64,000 nucleotides of DNA from NCBI GenBank assembly GCA_046759445.1, contig JBHICG010000001.1:32001-96000 (forward strand). The letters are read 5' to 3'. Below the pieces are notes generated by a model. The model searched no databases. It saw only the letters and a list, made by a program, of their open reading frames with translations, and was not told the origin of the DNA. Every line of letters starts with the position of its first letter. The stretch's first letter is position 1. Source of the DNA: Candidatus Scalinduaceae bacterium (lineage in GTDB: Bacteria > Planctomycetota > Brocadiia > Brocadiales > Scalinduaceae). A program made the position numbers and the translations under genes. Below, piece after piece: positions 20,577 to 30,546 of the stretch.

Positions 20577-20827
20577 TATCTGACAGGCAAAGGAGACGAA
20601 TAAAATATATAATGTGAAAAAGTTATTTTTGACATCCGTTTTGTTAGGTTTATAACTTATAATAATTAGAGATCCTCTTTCTAAGGATATGCAGTTTTTA
20701 ACGTTATGATAAAAAATCTTTTTGAAGAGATTGGCATTCCTGCACGTAGCTTGAATTATGCTCAAATAGGATTATTTTTTATTTTACTAAGCAATTTTAA
20801 TTTTATTTAGATAATTTTCTTAATGAT

Positions 20828-22468
20828 ATGAAGTTTGAAAATCTTTACAAAAAAGGCTTGAGTCATATCAAACTGTCCAGAGATAAAAGCGCATGGGGCT
20901 TGGCAATTGGTGATAATGAAATAAAGGCCGTTAAGGTAAGGTCCATTAACGGGGAATTGCTTATAGAAGTGATCGATAGAATCAATTATTCAACTGTTAA
21001 CCAGGGGACTACATCTATAAAGTCAGAACAAATTAAAGATGCAATAGTCACTTTTACAAAACGGAATCTAATAAACAAATCAGATAAAATAATTGTTTCC
21101 CTCTCTGGCAAAATGGTACTGTCAAGGTTTGTTTCACTCCCACCAATGAAAAAAAGACGCATTGTGGAAGCCATAAAATACGAATTGCGAAAACAGATCC
21201 CATTTCAACCTAACGAAATTGTTTGGGATTCCCACAGGTTCGAAGATAACACAACAAGAGGCAAAGGAACTGAAGTTGGCATATTTGCCACTAAAAAAGA
21301 AAACATACATGATCTTTTGCCTAGCCTGGCTCCAATAAAGATGAACCTGGAAGCAATTCAAATTACGCCTATTGCAATTTATAATCTTGCAAAGTTAAGC
21401 CTTGACTCAGATGAAGATGTCTTTGTAGTAAATGTTGAAAAGGATAATACTGATTTCATAGTTGTTGGGAAGACGAAATATTGGAATAGAAGTATTCCTA
21501 TTTCAGAAGTAAATATAGACCTTGTGCGAGAAATTCAGAGATCAATGGGATATTATGTTTCTCTCTCAAAGGGTACTAAGCATGAAAATATTTTCTTAAT
21601 GGGAGAAGTATTTGAAGATGAACAAAAAGTAAAATTTATTGAGGAAAGCCTAGAGGGTAAAGTTACTTTTCTAAACTTATTAGAGAAAATTAGTATATCT
21701 AAAGATGTTGATCCATCGGTTTTAAACAAAAAGACGATCCAGAGCTTTGGAACGGCACTTGGTCTCGCAATACAAGGTCTGGGCCTTAGCAAGATCAATA
21801 CTAATCTCCTACCCTTTGAGTACATTATAGAAAGGCAAGTGCCCAGGCAAAGAGCGCTTGCTGGCGCTATTACAATTTTAATTTTTTTGAGCTTGCTTAC
21901 ACAAAGTCTTAAAGATTACATATCATGGAGAACGCTTTCTAAGTCTTTAGAAACGATTAACACAACACACAATGAAGTTAAGAAATGGGAAAGGGTTTAT
22001 AGAAATATAGGGGAAAAAGTTAAGGAAGAAGAAAAGAAACTGCAAATTCTGGCGTCAATAGGTACTCAAGGAAGTTTCTGGATAGAGGCAATCCGTAAAG
22101 TTATAGATATCATGCCTGAAAAGGTTTATTTATTAAGTCTGGAATCATTCAGGGATTTACCTTATGCTGATAAAGAAAATACTTCCAAAAAAGAAGGTGA
22201 ATCAAAAGAGGTATTGATTATGAGCATTAAGGGAGAAAGTTATGATCCCAGGATGTCATTTTTAAAAGAAATGGTTAGAAAACCACTGGAAAATTTAAAA
22301 TTATTTGACCAACAGGCCCCTGCATTTAGGAATGTTGAGTTTGTGCAAGGTTCTGTACATAATGTTGATTCATTTATCAAGAAAAGTGATTCCGAAGTTT
22401 TCAATATTTACCAAGACATTCGGCCAATTGCCTTTGAAATAAGATGGATAGTAAACACTATAAATTAA
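20828..22468 (+). CDS. pilM: PilM-PilN fusion (type IV pilus/T2SS alignment complex)
   Basis: WGLAIG..EIKAV, YELRKQIPF...EIVWD, EIQRSMGYY, ALGLA.QGL, then PilN-type NLLP + TM + coiled coil. Confidence 0.8.
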   Translation: MKFENLYKKGLSHIKLSRDKSAWGLAIGDNEIKAVKVRSINGELLIEVIDRINYSTVNQGTTSIKSEQIKDAIVTFTKRNLINKSDKIIVSLSGKMVLSRFVSLPPMKKRRIVEAIKYELRKQIPFQPNEIVWDSHRFEDNTTRGKGTEVGIFATKKENIHDLLPSLAPIKMNLEAIQITPIAIYNLAKLSLDSDEDVFVVNVEKDNTDFIVVGKTKYWNRSIPISEVNIDLVREIQRSMGYYVSLSKGTKHENIFLMGEVFEDEQKVKFIEESLEGKVTFLNLLEKISISKDVDPSVLNKKTIQSFGTALGLAIQGLGLSKINTNLLPFEYIIERQVPRQRALAGAITILIFLSLLTQSLKDYISWRTLSKSLETINTTHNEVKKWERVYRNIGEKVKEEEKKLQILASIGTQGSFWIEAIRKVIDIMPEKVYLLSLESFRDLPYADKENTSKKEGESKEVLIMSIKGESYDPRMSFLKEMVRKPLENLKLFDQQAPAFRNVEFVQGSVHNVDSFIKKSDSEVFNIYQDIRPIAFEIRWIVNTIN

Positions 22469-22519
22469 GTATCGTCTCATTCTTGTAAAAACGAACCAAA
22501 AAAAGAAAACATATTTAAA

Positions 22520-23353
22520 ATGAATATACCTGATATTAGGAAAAATAAATTTTGGATTGTTGTAGCCGGTGCAATCATTTCCATGGTAATTCTTTATTTT
22601 CTTTTTGCGAATCCTTATAGGTTAAGGAACGTTAGGAAGGCTGAGCTAATAGAAAATAAATTAACTCAATTAGATTTATATGCAAGAAAGGGTTTAAAAA
22701 TTATCAATAAAAAATGGATCGAAGCAGGAAAATCCGAATTACATACAATCGAAAGAGAACAGTTAAAATACACCAAATTGCTAAAGGAAAAAGATAGCGA
22801 TCTCGAAAAGCCCTTTACTTCTGCCAAAGGTGATGTGATGAAGGATGAGGCTTTATGGAAAAAAAATTATATGCAAAGAGTAAACCTCATTCTTGACAAC
22901 TTTGCAAAGAGTAAGATATCTTTCAACAGCGATGCGCTACCATTTAAAAAGTGGGGAAATGAAATTCCTACTCGGGACAAAATTGCTGAGGAACAGAAAA
23001 AATTCTGGATTGTAGAAGAATTGTTAAACATAATACAAAAGAAAGGTTTAAGAATCAGCAACCTTGAAAGTATCAATTTCAAACAAGAGGGTTTTTCTTC
23101 CAACAATTTCCATTCTGAATTCTATGACATTATCCCATGTACAATAAAATTAAGAATGGACACTGAAGACGTGCTTTTTTTAATTAATGAATTGTCACAA
23201 TCTAAATTCTGTTTTGAGATAGTGTCTGTTAATATGAACGGGAAGCTAAATATTCTGAGATCTGTAAAATTATTAGAAGAATTTAAGAGTATTCTGCCAG
23301 ATACTATGGTAAATGTTATTATCAAAGCACATACTATAGATTTTAAAACATAA
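22520..23353 (+). CDS. PilO-like bitopic membrane protein
   Basis: Single N-terminal TM plus coiled coil; sits between pilMN and the secretin. Confidence 0.5.
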   Translation: MNIPDIRKNKFWIVVAGAIISMVILYFLFANPYRLRNVRKAELIENKLTQLDLYARKGLKIINKKWIEAGKSELHTIEREQLKYTKLLKEKDSDLEKPFTSAKGDVMKDEALWKKNYMQRVNLILDNFAKSKISFNSDALPFKKWGNEIPTRDKIAEEQKKFWIVEELLNIIQKKGLRISNLESINFKQEGFSSNNFHSEFYDIIPCTIKLRMDTEDVLFLINELSQSKFCFEIVSVNMNGKLNILRSVKLLEEFKSILPDTMVNVIIKAHTIDFKT

Positions 23354-23366
23354 GGGGAATTACATA

Positions 23367-24248
23367 ATGGAGATAGCGCCAAGAGAAAAGATATATGATT
23401 ATTCATATTATATAGCTTTGTCATTGGTTTCAATATATCTTATATATAACGTTATAAGCATTCTTTTTATGTCTCGCCATAAAGAAAAGTTGCTACAGTC
23501 AAGAATTATGAGTACTGTTGGCGCTATAGAATCTAACTTAAAACATGCGAGTCCAGCAAAATTAGAAGGGGAAATTGTGGCATCCCTTATAAAAAATATT
23601 CCAGGTTCACCTAAAGTAGAACCTATTCAAAGGGCTTCAATTTTTGCAGGCCCATTAACAGATGATGAGATAAGCGGTGGAGAACAAATCTTAGAGGAAA
23701 CAAAGGAAGTAGTTCAATTTGAAAAGATTGACATACCACTTGCCACAGAAATTGTTTTTAAAGGCGTAACCAATGAACTTGTCCTCATAAAAGTGCGGAG
23801 AAAGATAAATGAACAATGGCATGAACATGGCTTTCCAATGAGGAGTGGCGAACGGATAGGTGGAGAAAAGATTATAGCAAATAAAAAGGTTAATTTCACA
23901 ACAAATAGTATCCTTCAAGACATAATCCACAAAGCTCAAAGGCCAATAACCTTAATGAAAAAGGAGGTTATACTAGATGAAGAAGGGGAATTTGTTGGGA
24001 TCAGGATGGTACCAGGTGAAAAATTTATGAAATCTACCTCTAAAATCGTTTATAAGGATGAGGAAGGTAGCACAAAGGAATTATGGTTGGGGGAAACCGG
24101 AATCATTACAGAAGAAAGACCCAAAGAAGAAGCTAAATGGTATGAAGACCCTGTTGCTACTGTAAAGTCCAAATACGAAGATGTAGCAGAAACTTTAAAA
24201 TCTACACAAACAGAAAACAAAACGGAAGTTAAGAAAACAAAGAAATAA
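23367..24248 (+). CDS. Bitopic membrane protein, PilP/GspC-position
   Basis: N-terminal TM and beta-rich C-terminus; immediately precedes the secretin. Confidence 0.4.
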   Translation: MEIAPREKIYDYSYYIALSLVSIYLIYNVISILFMSRHKEKLLQSRIMSTVGAIESNLKHASPAKLEGEIVASLIKNIPGSPKVEPIQRASIFAGPLTDDEISGGEQILEETKEVVQFEKIDIPLATEIVFKGVTNELVLIKVRRKINEQWHEHGFPMRSGERIGGEKIIANKKVNFTTNSILQDIIHKAQRPITLMKKEVILDEEGEFVGIRMVPGEKFMKSTSKIVYKDEEGSTKELWLGETGIITEERPKEEAKWYEDPVATVKSKYEDVAETLKSTQTENKTEVKKTKK

Positions 24249-24292
24249 TAATAAATTATATAATTAAAATTATAATTTGAAAGGGTAAAAAC

Positions 24293-26581
24293 ATGAAAAC
24301 TATTTTAAAAATAATCCCCGTAATTATGCCGGCTCTCTTTTTGCTTATTTTCTTAAGTGCATGCAAGACAACATCAAATCAAGTATCAAGTAAAGACGAG
24401 GTTAAAAAAGTAAAGGTTAAAAATGTAGAGTTAAGTAAAGCGGCTGTAACCAATAATCCTCAATCTCAAAAAAAGGCTGAGGAAGGAGGCAAGGAAAACA
24501 GGTTTAGCAGTCGGGAAAATGAAGAAAAAAAAGTAATTTTAGTCAAAGAAGGCGGAGAGCAGACAAATCCGTCTAACGTAATAAGAAAAAGGGGTATCAA
24601 GAGGAAGAATAACAAAATAATTGTTAAGAATCAGACTAAAAGTACTTCCAAAGCAACTATATCCGTTGAGGTTAGAAACCAGATGATTCAGGATGCAAAG
24701 CGTGCCACAAAAGAACGAAGGTACGAAGATGCAATCAAGATAGCTGATACCATACTAAAGGATTTACCTGATGATAAATCAGCGCTTGCCTTAAAAGAAA
24801 ATGCACAATTACTTCTGGAAGAAAAAAGGCATAATGTAGTAATGGATCAATTAGAAAAACTCGATGCACAAGAGCGGAATGTGTATTTCGAAAATCTACG
24901 AGAAAAATCAATCCCCTATAATGACCTAGTAAAGTATACTACAAAGGATAAATGGGAAGATATCAAGAAAAGAGCTCAGAAAGAAGATCCAAGTAAAAGG
25001 CTTGATGAGAACAGGGAACATACAGAAAGATTACAGTTGGTACCATCTCCTGCTGAAAATCTTCTATCACAAAGGATGAAAAATGCATTAAGTAGAAAGA
25101 TGTCAATTGAGTTTATAGATACTCCACTCCGCGACGTAATAGCATTTTTACAAGAAAAGACAAAAATAAATTTTGTTTTAGATAAAGGCGCAGCAGCCAC
25201 TAACGTGAATTTAAAACTTAATGATGTTCCCGTTAGTGTAATATTAGAATACATCCTGCCAAATGGAATAGATCGCGTAGTAAAGGATAACGTAGTACAT
25301 ATCACCCTGGAACCTTTGGAGATGAGGGTATATGACGTTCGTGATTTGCTGATAAATTTAGAAGACAGGCAAGGTGCGCTAGTTGCTCAGGCTGTAACTC
25401 GAACTGAAGAGGGACTAGCTGCCGTAGGAGAGGACAAGGATACCTTTGACCGGGTAAAGGAGATAATTGATTTGATAACTGGCACCATAAAACCAAAGTC
25501 ATGGACATTAAATGGCGGTAGAGGTATGATAGCAGCACGAGAGGGTATGCTGGGTGACATAGTTGTAACACATATTCAAAGTGCACATAAACAGATAGAA
25601 GACCTTCTTTCATCTTTGAGATCTTCTACAGACCTTCAGATATCTATTGAGGCTCGGTTTATTGCAGTTTCAGACGATTTCCTGGAGGAATTAGGGAACA
25701 ATATTCTTGATTTCGATACAACTAAAGAGCACGCCAGTAGGACTAAGCCTAAAGGCAGCGAAGGTATGAATCCTGCAGGTGGTGTAGCAGGTGGTATCTT
25801 CAGAGAAGGTACTGAGCCGCTCTCAAAACTTCCAATACCATTCGCAGGCACTAGCATAACTCCTGGAGGAGCAGGATTAAATCTCTCTTACCAGATACTC
25901 AATGGTTTCTTTCTTAAGGGGTTCTTGAGGGCCGTTCAGGAGAGCGAAGAGGCTGAGACACTAACTGCCCCAAAGATAACTCTATCTAATACGCAGCGAG
26001 GGACAATAAAGGTAGTTACAACATTTAATTTCATAGAAAGATTCGAAATTGTAAGCCAGACACCAGAACCAATCATACAGGAAATAGACGACGGTACCAC
26101 ATTTAATGTAAGGCCAATAGTCAGCGCTGACAGGAAATATGTATATCTAGAGGTTCATCCAATTATCACTAGAGTAACGTTCACCGAGAGGGATTTTGAA
26201 ACCACTGCAGCAGGTACGGGAGGGACATCAGGGGGGGAAAAGGCAGTAAACAAAATACAACTTCCACAAACCGTTAAGCAGGAGTTATCAGTGACGGTAT
26301 GCGTTCCTGATAAAGGTGTCCTTCTGATAGGTGGATTGGGCTCAAGGTCAGAGACGAAGACGTCATCAGGCACTCCATTCCTCTCCAAAATTCCCATCGT
26401 AAAGAGATTATTTTCCAGTAATAAAATTGACCGAGATATTAAGACTTCAGGCAATCTGATTATCCTGATAAAACCCACCATCTTGATGAGGGATGAAGAA
26501 GAAAACCGTGCTTTCGCATTAAACAGGAAAGACATAGAACTCAGAAGGAAAGGGGTAGAATTTAGAAACCCTTTGAGATAA
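24293..26581 (+). CDS. Secretin (PilQ/GspD family), lipoprotein
   Basis: Lipobox LSAC, STN-like F.DTPL.DVI.FL, YDVRDL, QISIEARFI, LTAPKITL.N, P.LSKIP.V..LF, I.I.PTI. Confidence 0.88.
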   Translation: MKTILKIIPVIMPALFLLIFLSACKTTSNQVSSKDEVKKVKVKNVELSKAAVTNNPQSQKKAEEGGKENRFSSRENEEKKVILVKEGGEQTNPSNVIRKRGIKRKNNKIIVKNQTKSTSKATISVEVRNQMIQDAKRATKERRYEDAIKIADTILKDLPDDKSALALKENAQLLLEEKRHNVVMDQLEKLDAQERNVYFENLREKSIPYNDLVKYTTKDKWEDIKKRAQKEDPSKRLDENREHTERLQLVPSPAENLLSQRMKNALSRKMSIEFIDTPLRDVIAFLQEKTKINFVLDKGAAATNVNLKLNDVPVSVILEYILPNGIDRVVKDNVVHITLEPLEMRVYDVRDLLINLEDRQGALVAQAVTRTEEGLAAVGEDKDTFDRVKEIIDLITGTIKPKSWTLNGGRGMIAAREGMLGDIVVTHIQSAHKQIEDLLSSLRSSTDLQISIEARFIAVSDDFLEELGNNILDFDTTKEHASRTKPKGSEGMNPAGGVAGGIFREGTEPLSKLPIPFAGTSITPGGAGLNLSYQILNGFFLKGFLRAVQESEEAETLTAPKITLSNTQRGTIKVVTTFNFIERFEIVSQTPEPIIQEIDDGTTFNVRPIVSADRKYVYLEVHPIITRVTFTERDFETTAAGTGGTSGGEKAVNKIQLPQTVKQELSVTVCVPDKGVLLIGGLGSRSETKTSSGTPFLSKIPIVKRLFSSNKIDRDIKTSGNLIILIKPTILMRDEEENRAFALNRKDIELRRKGVEFRNPLR

Positions 26582-26605
26582 ACACGTAAACATAATTGTC
26601 ACAAT

Positions 26606-26977
26606 TTGGGAGTTGCAAAAATGGCCAAAAAATATAGTTTAAACACAATACTATTGGGAGTAATTATAACGCTGCTTGTATTAACACTGTTTAAAAATTC
26701 GCCGAACTATGTCATTGCTACGGGTGACGGCGGTGCAACCGCAAGGCATATATTCGGATTAGTAGGCAACCAGCAGGCAAACAGGGAATCTTTTTATCTG
26801 GTTGATACTAGGCGAGAGGTCATTATGGTTTATGAATATGGTGTGCAGGGCGAGGGATTGGGGTTGGTTACAACAAGGAGTTATAAATATGATAAACTTT
26901 TGGAACAATATGGTAGAAATTACTTCGGACCAAAAGTTGATAAGATTAAAGAAGAAGTAGAAAAAACAATGAAATAA
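26606..26977 (+). CDS. Hypothetical membrane-anchored protein at the end of the secretin operon
   Basis: N-terminal TM, co-oriented with the secretin. Confidence 0.65.
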   Translation: MGVAKMAKKYSLNTILLGVIITLLVLTLFKNSPNYVIATGDGGATARHIFGLVGNQQANRESFYLVDTRREVIMVYEYGVQGEGLGLVTTRSYKYDKLLEQYGRNYFGPKVDKIKEEVEKTMK

Positions 26978-27118
26978 AAAATCATTATCGGACGTACATA
27001 TTTGAAAGACTGCCCAGTTTTTACTTAATTTATTCGTAACCAGTACTTACCTCGAATGAAAACTTACAAGAGACAGAAACCAATCTCAAAATAAAAAAAA
27101 TATGTTTTATTGCACTTC

Positions 27119-27406
27119 TCAAATAGCTTCAATTTCAAGACAATACTTGTTTTCCTTGACCTCTACGTTTATTTTGTATTTCATCCCAACTTCCAGAAAA
27201 TCTAAAATGCCCTTGGTTATTTCATTCTCGCTCAGGATTTTTTTGTTCTCCTTAACCGCAGTAAGGTCATCAGTAGGGCTATCAGGTTCGTTCTCGTCAT
27301 AATCATCATGCGAATAATATTTATCTTCTTCGTATAGCCCACTGTGCCACATAGAAACAGAATCCTGATGTGACCTGAACCAATAACCCTCGTAATTTTT
27401 TTTCAC
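27119..27406 (-). CDS. Small acidic hypothetical protein
   Basis: GGGAGG RBS upstream of the GTG start; 95 aa. Confidence 0.65.
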   Translation of the reverse strand: MKKNYEGYWFRSHQDSVSMWHSGLYEEDKYYSHDDYDENEPDSPTDDLTAVKENKKILSENEITKGILDFLEVGMKYKINVEVKENKYCLEIEAI

Positions 27407-27513
27407 CTTTACCTCCCTTCTTTTTATGATTTAAAAATTCTAAGTAACAGAAGGTTAATCATACATTATTGAAAATTCAAGTGAAAAAAGCAAAGAGGTA
27501 AAGTAATTATGAA

Positions 27514-27542
27514 TTGACGACTTTAGGTAAAGCTTATATAAT
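27514..27542 (+). promoter_or_regulatory. Sigma70 promoter for tRNA-Met
   Basis: TTGACG-N17-TATAAT. Confidence 0.7.
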
Positions 27543-27607
27543 AGCAAAAAATTTTGCATCTGACACAAGATATCATTATGTTAATCTATAAAAAGAAGTA
27601 TATATGC

Positions 27608-27684
27608 GGCGGTGTAGCTCAGTTGGTTAGAGCAGCGGAATCATAATCCGCGAGTCCGGGGTTCGAGTCCCTGCACCGCTACCA
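27608..27684 (+). tRNA. tRNA-Met (CAT), elongator type
   Basis: GGCGGTG/CACCGCT acceptor stem, TAGCTCAGTTGGTTAGAGC D-arm, GCGGA-ATCATAA-TCCGC anticodon arm, GTTCGAGTC T-loop, encoded CCA. Confidence 0.95.
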
Positions 27685-27717
27685 TTATTTTTCACAACAT
27701 ACTTTTTTATTCCATAA

Positions 27718-27869
27718 AATGACTATTGAGTTTACTCCGAACAATATTTGCAGAACACTTGTTTTAATAAGGTATTAAGAATAATTAAACAAGAATTGAG
27801 GCCAAAACACATAAAGTATTTAAAAGCAATAAGTTACAAAATGTTTTAGGAGTTAACTCAATAGTCATT
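27718..27869. mobile_element. MITE with terminal inverted repeats and target-site duplication
   Basis: AATGACTATTGAGTTTACTCC ... GGAGTTAACTCAATAGTCATT flanked by the direct repeat TTCCATAA; partial second copy at ~39904. Confidence 0.75.
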
Positions 27870-27989
27870 TTCCATAATAGCAAAATTTAGAAAGTCTTGG
27901 TTTGTATGACGCAAAGCAAAAAAGGGTTAGAATAATTCAAATCAAATATTTTTTGTTGACTTAAATGTACCAAGATAATAATATTTGCG

Positions 27990-28463
27990 ATGCCACAAAG
28001 ATTTCTAGTAGATTTAAGAACAATAGACATAAATAAAGTTGAAGTTGATATCGAGGGAATTAGGGCCGTAAATCCGCATCGTTATGAGATAGAACAGTTA
28101 AGCGGAATAAATAGATATGATCCTGATAACAAGATTATCATCGGATACAAGGATGTAACAGACGATGAATTCTGGGTACGTGGACATATTCCTGGTCGCC
28201 CCCTTTTACCCGGTGTGTTAATGGTGGAGGCTGCTGCGCAATTGTGCACTTACTATTACAAAAGAGTATTAAAAGATGATAGATTTCTAGGCTTCGGTGG
28301 CATTGACCGTGTAAAGTTTCGAGGCAAGGTTTTACCAGGTGATAGACTTATCATAATAGCAAAAAACACTGAATTAAGAGCAAGAAGGGCTATCTTTGAT
28401 ACACAGGGTATAGTAAATAGTAAACTTGTATTTGAGGGTGTAATAATTGGTATGGCAGTATGA
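27990..28463 (+). CDS. fabZ: FabZ/FabA-family 3-hydroxyacyl-ACP dehydratase
   Basis: NPHRY, EFWVRGHIPGRPLLPGVLMVEAAAQ, KFRG.V.PGD.L. Confidence 0.85.
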   Translation: MPQRFLVDLRTIDINKVEVDIEGIRAVNPHRYEIEQLSGINRYDPDNKIIIGYKDVTDDEFWVRGHIPGRPLLPGVLMVEAAAQLCTYYYKRVLKDDRFLGFGGIDRVKFRGKVLPGDRLIIIAKNTELRARRAIFDTQGIVNSKLVFEGVIIGMAV

Positions 28464-28520
28464 TTAGGGTTTGTGAGATATATAGAAAATTGAACATTTT
28501 TTTAAGAAAGGAGTAACTGA

Positions 28521-28790
28521 ATGAATAAGCAAAGTTTAATTGAAGCTGTAGCAAAAGATTTGGGCACTTCAAAAGCCCAGGGGGAGAGAACCGTAAATGC
28601 TGTATTGAACGGTATTAGCATGGGTTTGAAAAAAGACAAGAATGTGCAATTAATAGGATTTGGAACCTTTTTGGTAAAGAAAAGAAAGGCCAGGAAGGGT
28701 AGAAATCCTCAAACAGGTGAAACTATAAAGATCAAGGCCAGCAAGACAGTTGGGTTCAAGGCGGGTAAAAGATTCAAGGAAATGGCTTGA
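28521..28790 (+). CDS. hup: HU nucleoid-associated protein
   Basis: MNK..LI, GFGTF, RKGRNPQTGE.I.I; AAGGAG RBS. Confidence 0.95.
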   Translation: MNKQSLIEAVAKDLGTSKAQGERTVNAVLNGISMGLKKDKNVQLIGFGTFLVKKRKARKGRNPQTGETIKIKASKTVGFKAGKRFKEMA

Positions 28791-28991
28791 AACTTAAATT
28801 TACCCATTTTCCCAGAGACTTCCAGCCCCAATATAAAGCGTTTTTACACCCACAAGGGAGCTATCCACTCACCGTTTTGGCAGTGAATTCTGTTCCAATT
28901 TATATGATCTGAGATATTTTGGTACTGTACGCTCTGTATATAGCTCAGTTGAAATAACATCTACCAATAGTTGATTGGGGGTATTTCCCCC

Positions 28992-30330
28992 TGTCAAGGC
29001 AAATAGAAAATGTCAGGTTTTTGGCAAATTAAAAATGTCAGTAAATTAGTCAAGTTGTAAATTAACATAAGTTAGTAAGGAGACAAGGTAAAGGCCGTCA
29101 ACATGTTGCTGCTACGAGCAATGATGACTTTTGTTTATTCTTGTGTACTTGTATATGCTTTAATTCCTGCTCTTTGAAAAATATATGTATTGAACCGTCG
29201 AAGTGTTGGTGCACCATGGCTTTTGCTTTAACAAAACTGATCCGGTAATTGCTGGGCAATATCTGACATGTCATTGCCTTGTAGCTTATGGTATTGTCAG
29301 ATGAGACGGTTCTTTTTTCTTTTATACAGACGATATTGCTTAGATCTAAATCCTTAGGCAATGCTCTATATGTGGAGTTTTTTTCTTTGGGTAAGCGAGC
29401 AAATCTACTATTGTACTTAGGGATAAAGGTGTTTGTGAGATAGCGACTGGCTGCCCGTAGCGTAGATACCTTATGAAGCCTTAACTCAGAGCAAAGCCTG
29501 TCTTGAGACGTACCCCAAGCCCTTTCTACTCTGCCTTTGGCCTGTGGAGAATTAGCGTGGATCATCTTTACTCCCAATTCGCTTAAAGCCCTTGCTATTT
29601 GAGTCTGATCATAGTCTCCTTTTGGTTTATAATGAAGTCCTTCATGCCTGGTGGTCTTAAATTTAGAATATCTATCACAATAAAAGCTTAAGGGTATACC
29701 ATTTGTCTCTACTATCTGCTTTAAAACGCCCATATTCTCATTGCATGAATCAGACAAAGCAAATCTCGCTCCTGGGGCAAGCCAGAGGTCGCGTCATCTA
29801 TGCCGCCTATTAGAATAATCTGGGGCCTCTACCCTCAAGCCAGTCATGATCTGATGTATCAAACTGTATCATCTGGCCTTCTCTGGCTCGCGGTTCCCTC
29901 CATTGCATATGCTTACTGCGACTTTTGCATTTGGTATGAAAACCTCTCTTTAGAAGGATCTGCCTAAGTGATTCTTTTGATATCTTTATCTTTTCTTCTC
30001 TATTTAAATATTCAGTCATATGAGTAATGTTAAACCCTTTGTATTTAGTATTATAAAGATGAACTGCTTTATCTTGAACGTCTTGAGTCAACCATCTGGC
30101 TCTTTTTGTACCTCTTGATTTGTGCAATATACCCTTGTACCTTCTTGTTCTACCATGTGCTTAATGCGGTATATCTGACGTTCGGATAACTTTAAAATAT
30201 TACTTACTTCTTCAACTTTTAAATATCCTTACCTAAAGGTACTACCGCCTATTACTTCTGTTATTATCTTGTACTTGTTAAGCTCTTTCATCGTCAGGTA
30301 ATACATCTCTCATCTTGGTCTTTGCCTACA
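28992..30330 (-). mobile_element. Decayed IS1202/ISNCY-type insertion sequence
   Basis: End TGTCAAGGCAAATAGAAAATGTCAG with a second internal repeat GGCAAATTAAAAATGTCAG; tentative opposite end TTTGCCTACA at 30321-30330. Confidence 0.7.
29098..30306 (-). pseudogene. DDE transposase pseudogene (in-frame stop plus frameshifts)
   Basis: Fragments MKELNKYKIITEVI, LSERQIYRIK, QFDTSDHDWLEGRGP, IDDATS, YCDR, SPQAKGRVER; TAA at 30229-30231 and frame breaks near 30130 and 29800. Confidence 0.85.
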
Positions 30331-30546
30331 AAGATGTGTATTTAGAGATTACTTATAAACATAATTTTAAAGAAATATTAATTCAATAGCTAATGGCTTT
30401 TTTAAATACAATCACTTTGATTCCGATAAATGTATAAAGAGTATAACATTTATATTTAAAATTGTAACGTTTGCCTATAAAACGGTCTAATTGGTATCCT
30501 TTAATTTGCTTTATCCCTACCAAAATTGTTATAAAGGAGATTTGAC

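Noticed and set aside
27608..27684. tRNA-Ile2 or initiator identity for the CAT tRNA, given tilS nearby
   Set aside because: The paired 1-72 position, absence of three consecutive G-C anticodon-stem pairs and the GGCGGTG acceptor stem fit elongator Met better.
28930..28990. TAGCTCAGTTG tRNA D-arm-like fragment next to the IS end
   Set aside because: No anticodon arm, T-loop or acceptor stem; probably chance.
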